From contig JANPEF010000100.1 in the NCBI GenBank assembly GCA_031431875.1, positions 1 through 10,450 of the forward strand: a stretch of 10,450 bases of DNA. The letters are read 5' to 3'. Each line of letters begins with the position of its first letter. The stretch's first letter is position 1. The translations under genes were made by a program, and so were the position numbers. Shown here in pieces: positions 1 through 5,215 of this stretch. The notes under the pieces were generated by a model. That model did no database searches. It saw only the letters and a program-made list of their open reading frames with translations, and was not told where the DNA came from. The DNA is from Candidatus Eiseniibacteriota bacterium (GTDB lineage: Bacteria; Eisenbacteria; RBG-16-71-46; DASYSL01).

Positions 1-1495
1 ACACGAGATCGTAGCGGACGGCACGCAATGCGGCACGCGCCTCGTCCCCGTGCTCCGCCTCGTCCACCTCGATGCCGCGCATCGCCAGCAGGCGACGCAG
101 GAAGACCCGCGCGGTGAACGAATCGTCGGCCACGAGGGCCCTGAGCGAGGGTGCCGCCTCCCCGAGGATATCGGCGGGCGGGGCCTGGTCCTGCACCGCT
201 TCCGGGGGCGCGGGCGGTGGGGGCGGCGCGGGCGGGACGATCGGCGGAGGGACCGGCGGATCGATCAGTGGCCTGGCGGGCGGCTCGGCCGGCGGATCGA
301 GCGGCGGCTCGATCGGCGTCGGGAGCGGCGGCTCGATCGGGGACCCCGGTGGTGGCTTGACCGGAGGAACGATCGGCCGCGCCGGCTGCTCCGCGATGGT
401 GACGAGCGGACGCAACTCGACCTCGACGTAGCTCTCGCCCTCGTCCGAGACGACGGTTCCCGGGAGGAGCACGAGCGCCGACGTGCCGAACGGCGCGGCC
501 GTCGCGGCCCCGGCGTCGCCCGCCTCGATCCGGCGTCCACCGCCCAGTCCGTGCAGCCAGTCGAGCCCGACCGCGATGCGCTCGAGTCCGCGGCCGAGCA
601 CGACGTGCGGTCGCCCGCCCTCGCCCAGTCCATAAGCGACAACCGCGTGCCACGGCAGCGCGATCTTTCGCCCCGCGGCTTCCGCGAACAGGTGGCGGGG
701 GTCGTCGGCCGCGGGCAGCCGGACCGACCAGCGCACCGCTCCCTCGCTCGGATCGTCGACCACGAGCGGCGCCGCCACGCGCGCCGCCGCGAGATGGAGG
801 AGCCGCAGCGACTCGAGCACGGGCTCGGCGATCCGCCCCGGCTCGACGTGCTCGCTCGGGCGCGCGCCCGAGAGCTCGACGCGCCCGCCGCGCACGACCG
901 TCTGCGCGCCGTAGGGACCGCTCCACTCGGCGAGCGCGGCAAACAGCGCCCGCAACGGAATCGGATCGCCCGGTACACGCGTGTCGGCGGGGATCTGGAC
1001 GCGATCACCGAAGCGGAATGGCGGGGACGACAGGTCGACGCTCGCGGGCGACTCGGCAGCAGGCAGCGGGGGCGCTGCGGGCGCCTCGGGAACGGCGTGC
1101 GCCGCCTGCGGCGGCGCATCCATGGGCTCGTCGTAAGCGCGCACGGCGGTCGCCATCCCGCGCCAGCCGCGTGCCTCGGGCAGCAGCGGGGCGAGCACCT
1201 TCTCCGCGTCCAGGCGCTCGGCGAGCTCGAGGCAGACCGGTGCCCCGAGCACGCGCCACACGCGAGGGGTGCGCCCCGGCCGTTCCGCGCCGCGCTCGCG
1301 CAAAGCATCGAGCCACGTCGCGCACGTCTCGGCGTCGAGCGCCCGCGCGAAGTCGGCCGCCCATTCGAGGCCGCGCAGCGCGGCGGCGCGCGAGGCGCCG
1401 TCGTGGTCATCGCGCGCCAGGAGCTTCGCCTCCCAGCGCAGCAGGCGTGCCAGCGCGCCCGCGAAGCGCGCATCCTCGATGCGCGTACCGGACAT
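1..1495 (-). CDS. Degenerate CheA-like hybrid protein (pseudo-Hpt, vestigial HATPase, CheW-like P5, Pro-rich linker, receiver domain); 3'-partial, runs off the left edge
   Basis: Not in the ORF track. ATG at 1495, 1 nt after the upstream TAG, with 498 uninterrupted codons to the edge (MSGTRIEDARF...). The C-terminal part is a clear REC start: LRALVADDSFTARVFLRRLLAMRGIEVDEAEHGDEARAALRAVRYDLV. The segment ...GAVRWSVRLPAADDPRHLFAEAAGRKIALPWHAVV...HVVLGRGLERIAVGLDWLHG...GTVVSDEGESYVEVELRPLV follows the CheA P4-end/P5 pattern (GTTFTIRLP...LLVRVGGETYAIPLSSVV...GLVVDELLG...GATILGDG). Confidence 0.8.
   Translation of the reverse strand, partial: MSGTRIEDARFAGALARLLRWEAKLLARDDHDGASRAAALRGLEWAADFARALDAETCATWLDALRERGAERPGRTPRVWRVLGAPVCLELAERLDAEKVLAPLLPEARGWRGMATAVRAYDEPMDAPPQAAHAVPEAPAAPPLPAAESPASVDLSSPPFRFGDRVQIPADTRVPGDPIPLRALFAALAEWSGPYGAQTVVRGGRVELSGARPSEHVEPGRIAEPVLESLRLLHLAAARVAAPLVVDDPSEGAVRWSVRLPAADDPRHLFAEAAGRKIALPWHAVVAYGLGEGGRPHVVLGRGLERIAVGLDWLHGLGGGRRIEAGDAGAATAAPFGTSALVLLPGTVVSDEGESYVEVELRPLVTIAEQPARPIVPPVKPPPGSPIEPPLPTPIEPPLDPPAEPPARPLIDPPVPPPIVPPAPPPPPAPPEAVQDQAPPADILGEAAPSLRALVADDSFTARVFLRRLLAMRGIEVDEAEHGDEARAALRAVRYDLV
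299..340. repeat. 18-bp direct repeat, 2 copies, period 24, in the Pro-rich linker (encodes PIEPPL twice)
   Basis: gagcggcggctcgatcgg at 299-316 and 323-340. Degenerate DPP/EPP units continue across about 200-385. Confidence 0.85.
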
Positions 1496-1496
1496 G

Positions 1497-2963
1497 CTAA
1501 CCACGGAAGCCGACCTCGTCCTCGTCGTCGAGGACGTCGGCCGGTCCGAGCACGCGCATCGGTGCTGCCCCGCCGTCGGGCATAGCGTCCGTCTCCGCTG
1601 CGGGATCCGACTCCACCGCGGGAAGCCCGGCCTCGGGAGCCGTCGCCACGAGCCGCGCCCGGTACCCATCCAGTTCGTCGAGGGCGACGCGCACCCCGTC
1701 GCCGGCGCGCAACGCCTCGGAGGATGTGCGCTCGGCCTGCTGCACGAGCTTCTCGCCGCGCGCCAGCGCCTCGGCCACCATCTCGTGCACGCGGTCGAGG
1801 GCGCGTCGCGCCGCCGCGGCCGGGTCGACCCCGCGCGGCACGACCGGAGCACCCGCGAGCCCCGGATGCTCGGCGACATGCGCCAGCTCGTGCGCCGCAT
1901 CGGTGAGCCGGACACGCAGCCCGCCGAGCTCCTCGCGCGCGGCGGCCAGGTCGTCGCGCGTCGCGCGTTCCAGTTCACCCATCCGATCGCGCAGCGCGGC
2001 CGTATCCCGGGCGAAGGTGTCGAGCGAGTCGACGAACGGCGCCGCTTCCGGCACGCCCGAGAGCGCCGCGGCCGCCGCCTCGATGCGCGCCAGCCGCGCC
2101 GCGGCGCCGAGGAACAGCACGTCCTCGGCCGACGTGGCCAGGCGCTGAACCGCGCGCTCGGCCGTGGCCAGCGGGCGCGCGTCGCCTTCGAGCGCCTCGG
2201 CGAGCAGGTGCGACCAGCGCGCTCCCCCGGCCCCGTCGTCGCCCACTCGCGCCGCGGCCGCGGTCCGCAGCGCGTCGAGTGCCGGCGCCAGTTCGCCGGC
2301 CCAGCGCCGCAGTTCGCGCAGGACGGTCAGCAGGGAAGTGGCCTCGACGAACTGCCGCTCGGCGCCGCCGGTCACTCCATCGCCGCGTGCGCGCGCTTCG
2401 TCGATCGTCTCGCGCACGAGGCCGGCGACGGTTCGCGCCTCGCCGGCGCGCGCTTCGAGGTGGCGCGCCGCATCGCGCAGCCCGCTGACGAGCCCCCGCG
2501 CCGCCTCCGGGATGCCGTCGAGGTCGTCCGCGACTGCACCGCCGTCGAGCGCGCGCGGATCGTCGCGCTCGGACCAGGCGGCGACGTCGGCGGCGAGGCG
2601 CGCCAGGCAGGCCCGCAGGGCGGCGAGTTCCCCGGCCTCGAGTTCGAACTTCCGGCGGTGGCGCAGGATCTCCTGCACCGAATCGGCGAGCGCGACGATC
2701 TCCTGCGGGCCGTCCGCGGGAGGAAGGTCCCGGGCGTCGACGGCGCGGCCGGCGACGAGCGCATCGGAGAGCAACGTGAGCGGGGCGACGACGGTGCGAC
2801 GCAGCCAGAACCACACGGCCAGCGCGACGAACGCGCCGACCACGGCGAACACCACCCAGCGCCAGTCGGGCCAGGGCAGGAAGGAGGCGACGGCGGCCCC
2901 GGCTGCGAGCGGCAGCACGAGGCCGAGAGCGAGCTTGTCGTTCAGCGACGGCCGAGGGCTCAT
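1497..2963 (-). CDS. Degenerate methyl-accepting-chemotaxis-like membrane protein (2 TM, HAMP, long coiled-coil), 488 aa
   Basis: From ATG 2963: TM1 LALGLVLPLAAGAAVASFL, a short loop, then TM2 VVFAVVGAFVALAVWFWL. HAMP-like RRTVVAPLTLLSDAL...PQEIVALADSVQEIL follows, then an Ala/Glu/Arg heptad coiled coil. LGAAARLARIEAAAAALSGVPEAAPFVDSL sits in register with the MCP tip [29 protein letters not shown]. The start is uncertain (no clear SD); the track start at 3224 runs through the promoter region. Confidence 0.72.
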   Translation of the reverse strand: MSPRPSLNDKLALGLVLPLAAGAAVASFLPWPDWRWVVFAVVGAFVALAVWFWLRRTVVAPLTLLSDALVAGRAVDARDLPPADGPQEIVALADSVQEILRHRRKFELEAGELAALRACLARLAADVAAWSERDDPRALDGGAVADDLDGIPEAARGLVSGLRDAARHLEARAGEARTVAGLVRETIDEARARGDGVTGGAERQFVEATSLLTVLRELRRWAGELAPALDALRTAAAARVGDDGAGGARWSHLLAEALEGDARPLATAERAVQRLATSAEDVLFLGAAARLARIEAAAAALSGVPEAAPFVDSLDTFARDTAALRDRMGELERATRDDLAAAREELGGLRVRLTDAAHELAHVAEHPGLAGAPVVPRGVDPAAAARRALDRVHEMVAEALARGEKLVQQAERTSSEALRAGDGVRVALDELDGYRARLVATAPEAGLPAVESDPAAETDAMPDGGAAPMRVLGPADVLDDEDEVGFRG

Positions 2964-3045
2964 GCGCGCAAACCCGAGCAGGAAGCGGGAGATCACGATC
3001 GTGTCGGCCGGTTTCTGCACGACACGCGGGTGCCGCCGGGCAAAT

Positions 3046-3061
3046 TGCAACCGGCGTGTCC
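3046..3061 (-). promoter_or_regulatory. Possible degenerate sigma54 -24/-12 promoter for the MCP-like/CheA-like unit
   Basis: Minus strand reads GGACACG-CCGG-TTGCA against consensus TGGCACG-N4-TTGCW. Spacing and -12 are perfect, but the nearly invariant GG reads GA. Confidence 0.3.
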
Positions 3062-3113
3062 GGTCAAGAATGCGTGCAGTGTACGCCGAAGCGGCGTCGC
3101 GCGGGGGTGCTTT

Positions 3114-3130
3114 CCCCCAGCGTCTGGGGC
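3114..3130. promoter_or_regulatory. Perfect inverted repeat CCCCCAG-N3-CTGGGGG, candidate regulator or enhancer site
   Basis: Seen directly, in the divergent intergenic region about 140 bp upstream of the plus-strand sigma54 motif. Confidence 0.3.
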
Positions 3131-3185
3131 CCCTGACGCGACATCGCCACGATCGTGGAAACCCGCGCCCAGCGCGGAGGCCGCG

Positions 3186-3203
3186 TGCGTAAACCATGGC
3201 GCA
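3186..3203. promoter_or_regulatory. Imperfect palindrome TGCGTAA-ACCA-TGGCGCA, candidate enhancer-binding-protein site
   Basis: TGCG-N10-CGCA dyad about 90-110 bp upstream of the predicted sigma54 start, loosely like NtrC-family sites. Confidence 0.3.
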
Positions 3204-3267
3204 GTTCTTGGACCTGCGGTTCATGGATCGTCAGGTCGGTGCACCCGATCGGTCATTTCGGTCCGCG

Positions 3268-3283
3268 TGGCACGCGACGTGCA
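3268..3283 (+). promoter_or_regulatory. Sigma54 (RpoN) -24/-12 promoter
   Basis: TGGCACG-CGAC-GTGCA: one mismatch to TGGCACG-N4-TTGCW with exact GG-N10-GC spacing, 68 bp before the ATG at 3352. Confidence 0.75.
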
Positions 3284-3351
3284 ACTTCCCAGGACGGGCC
3301 CGGGCTCGCAGCGCCGTCGAGGCGCCCGCGACCGTGGCGAGGGAGGCGTCG

Positions 3352-4389
3352 ATGAATCCGAGAAGCTACGTGGACCTGCAGGAATCGGGTCGCAATCTCC
3401 AGCCAACGTATTACTTCATGATCAACTGTCTCCTCTATTCGCGCATGGAGACGGGTCTGGTCTCGAATCAGGATTTCTACGACGAGGACGTCAACGTCTA
3501 CCTCGCGCACCTGCTCCATTCGTTCATCAACCCCGACTACGTGGAGCAGTCGAAGAAGTACCTTTCGAAGTACGACGCCGACGTGTTCAAGCGCCTGGCC
3601 TCCTCCTCGGACGCGCGCCTGAAGTACGCCATCTACAAGACCAACGCCGACTTCCTGCTCGTCTCGATCGGAATCTTCGACAACCCGATCGCTCCCGACC
3701 CCGGCACGCGCACGAAGGTCGCGCCCGCCGAGGAGGCGTACATCGGCCGCGGCAAGACGTACTACCACTTCGCCTACACCTACTCGCAGCAGATCCACCG
3801 CCGCAACCAGGGCGTCTCGGAAGTGCTCGAGAAGCTGTCGGTGGGTTTCGACAAGTACATCAAGATCCTGTCGCACATGCGCGGCGAGTACCTCGACCTG
3901 GCGCAGCGCTTCAGCGACGGCGAGGTCTATCACCTCGAGCGTTCGGTCGACGAGTCCGCGCGCCAGGAGGTGCTCAAGGCGAAGCAGGACCAGTTGCTCG
4001 AGCTCTACACGCAATGGCAGCACGCGCCGTCGGTGGAGATCGAGGAGAACGTCAAGCGGCTGGTCGGCGAGATCCAGCAGATCACCCCGTCGTTCCGCTT
4101 CGCGCTCCCGAAGATCGGCGTGACGTCGCGGCGTCGATCGGAGACGGTCGCGGGCTCGAACACGGAACCGGAGACGGTCGCCGGGAGTTCGACGCCTGCC
4201 GCTCCGACTCCGACGCCGCAGACGCCGCCCGCGCGCCCGTCGGCGAGCGCAGCGCGTTCGACCGGCCCCGCCAACGATGCGACCGCCACCGGCGTGTCGG
4301 AGCCGGACTCCGGCCCCACGGCGAAGAAGCGGACGCGCGCGCGCAGCCCCCGGCGCCGTCCGGATTCCGGGGACGCTGGCACGAACTAG
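3352..4389 (+). CDS. Uncharacterised Tyr-rich all-alpha protein with low-complexity C-terminal tail, 345 aa
   Basis: SD GGAGG at 3342-3346, 5 nt before the ATG. Very strong G/C third-position bias and a globular-looking composition over about 250 aa (YLAHLLHSF, ADFLLVSIGIF, YIGRGKTYY, LEKLSVGFDKY), then a Pro/Thr/Ala/Ser/Arg tail. The track start at 3196 would overlap the promoter. Confidence 0.9.
   Translation: MNPRSYVDLQESGRNLQPTYYFMINCLLYSRMETGLVSNQDFYDEDVNVYLAHLLHSFINPDYVEQSKKYLSKYDADVFKRLASSSDARLKYAIYKTNADFLLVSIGIFDNPIAPDPGTRTKVAPAEEAYIGRGKTYYHFAYTYSQQIHRRNQGVSEVLEKLSVGFDKYIKILSHMRGEYLDLAQRFSDGEVYHLERSVDESARQEVLKAKQDQLLELYTQWQHAPSVEIEENVKRLVGEIQQITPSFRFALPKIGVTSRRRSETVAGSNTEPETVAGSSTPAAPTPTPQTPPARPSASAARSTGPANDATATGVSEPDSGPTAKKRTRARSPRRRPDSGDAGTN
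4139..4181 (+). repeat. 13-bp direct repeat, period 30 (ETVAGS twice) in the disordered tail
   Basis: cggagacggtcgc at 4139-4151 and 4169-4181. Confidence 0.75.
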
Positions 4390-4401
4390 GTGGCGCGGGG
4401 C

Positions 4402-4412
4402 TGTGCTAGCAT
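4402..4412 (+). promoter_or_regulatory. Extended -10 promoter (TGTGcTAGCAT), likely leaderless transcript
   Basis: TRTGn plus TAnnnT, exactly 7 nt before ATG 4420, with no SD. Confidence 0.6.
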
Positions 4413-4419
4413 CGCCCGC

Positions 4420-4755
4420 ATGAAAAACCTTCCACTCTTCCTCGCCCTGACGTTGTCCGGCCTCGCCGTCTCCGGCGCCGGCGGCTGCGGGAGCGCAAGC
4501 CGCGACGGCGCAACACCGACGCCCGGCGATCCCACGCTCATCACCGGCAGCGGCACCGTTCAGCACCTCGATCTCGAGGGCGGCTTCTACGGCATCGTCG
4601 CCGACGACTCGTCGCGTTACGACCCGGGGGAACTCGACCCGCGCTACCGGCGTGACGGCCTGCGCGTGCGCTTCGACCTGCGCAAGATCGAGGGGGCGAT
4701 GTCGATCCGGCAGTGGGGCACGATCGTCACCGTGGTCCGCATCGATTCGCTGTGA
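4420..4755 (+). CDS. Small putative lipoprotein, beta-rich (possibly OB-fold-like), 111 aa
   Basis: MKN plus a hydrophobic stretch and a relaxed lipobox AGG-C23, a Pro/Thr linker, then GTVQHLDLEGGFYGIVADD...YDP...DGLRVRF...SIRQWG. Good GC3 bias. Confidence 0.8.
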   Translation: MKNLPLFLALTLSGLAVSGAGGCGSASRDGATPTPGDPTLITGSGTVQHLDLEGGFYGIVADDSSRYDPGELDPRYRRDGLRVRFDLRKIEGAMSIRQWGTIVTVVRIDSL

Positions 4756-5207
4756 GCGCGTCCGGCCGCATCGACGACGCCGGTCGCCTGATCGTGCGCC
4801 CCGGCGTCGCCGTCCCGCTCGAGGAGATCGAGTTTCGCGCCGACCCCTCCGGCGGCCCCGGCGGCCAGCACGCCAACAAGACCTCGACGCGCGTCGAGCT
4901 GCGGTTCGCGCCGTTGAGTTCGCGCGCGTTCTCGCCGCGCCAGCGCGCGTTGCTGGCGGAAGCCCTCGCCGTGCGGCTCACCGCCGACGGCACGCTGCGC
5001 GTCGTCTCGGCCCGCGAGCGCAGCCAGTTGCAGAATCGCCGCGCCGCGCTGGCGCGCCTGGCGGAGCTCCTGGATCGCGCGCTCGATCGCCCGGCGCCGC
5101 GCACGGCGACGCGGCCCACGTTGGCCTCGAAGCGCGTTCGGGTCCAGACGAAGAAGCGGCGGTCCTCCGTGAAGGAGAACCGCCGCCGGCCTGTTGCCGA
5201 GGACTGA
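4752..5207 (+). CDS. arfB: Alternative ribosome-rescue peptidyl-tRNA hydrolase ArfB (YaeJ), 151 aa
   Basis: SGGPGGQHANKTSTRVELRF (GGQ motif), RSQLQNR, and a basic tail TRPTLASKRVRVQTKKRRSSVKENRR. The GTG start overlaps the upstream TGA (GTGA 4752-4755). Confidence 0.93.
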   Translation: MSASGRIDDAGRLIVRPGVAVPLEEIEFRADPSGGPGGQHANKTSTRVELRFAPLSSRAFSPRQRALLAEALAVRLTADGTLRVVSARERSQLQNRRAALARLAELLDRALDRPAPRTATRPTLASKRVRVQTKKRRSSVKENRRRPVAED

Positions 5208-5215
5208 GCCTCGCG

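Noticed and set aside
176..345. G-quadruplex-like G runs or CRISPR-like repeats
   Set aside because: Explained by Pro codons on the minus strand. The repeats are in frame, have only two exact copies, and lack spacers of CRISPR size.
265..1473. 402-aa minus-strand ORF as the gene downstream of the MCP-like CDS
   Set aside because: Wrong frame (Arg/Ser/Cys-rich). The frame starting at 1495 carries the CheW-like and REC motifs.
1497..1530. CheR/CheB-docking pentapeptide at the MCP-like C-terminus
   Set aside because: The protein ends VGFRG, not the terminal x-[FWY]-x-x-[FWY] pattern.
50..1585. 511-aa plus-strand ORF
   Set aside because: Arg/Gly-rich antisense shadow of the minus-strand CheA-like gene, with no domain signal. 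Stop codons are scarce at this GC content.
3000..3026. Sigma28-like -10 GCCGACAC upstream of the MCP-like gene
   Set aside because: Two mismatches to GCCGATAA and no TAAA -35 at the right spacing.
1269..4409. 1046-aa plus-strand ORF, the longest in the track
   Set aside because: Antisense to the MCP-like gene, then out of frame with the real 3352 gene, and it crosses the promoter region. Composition is not protein-like.
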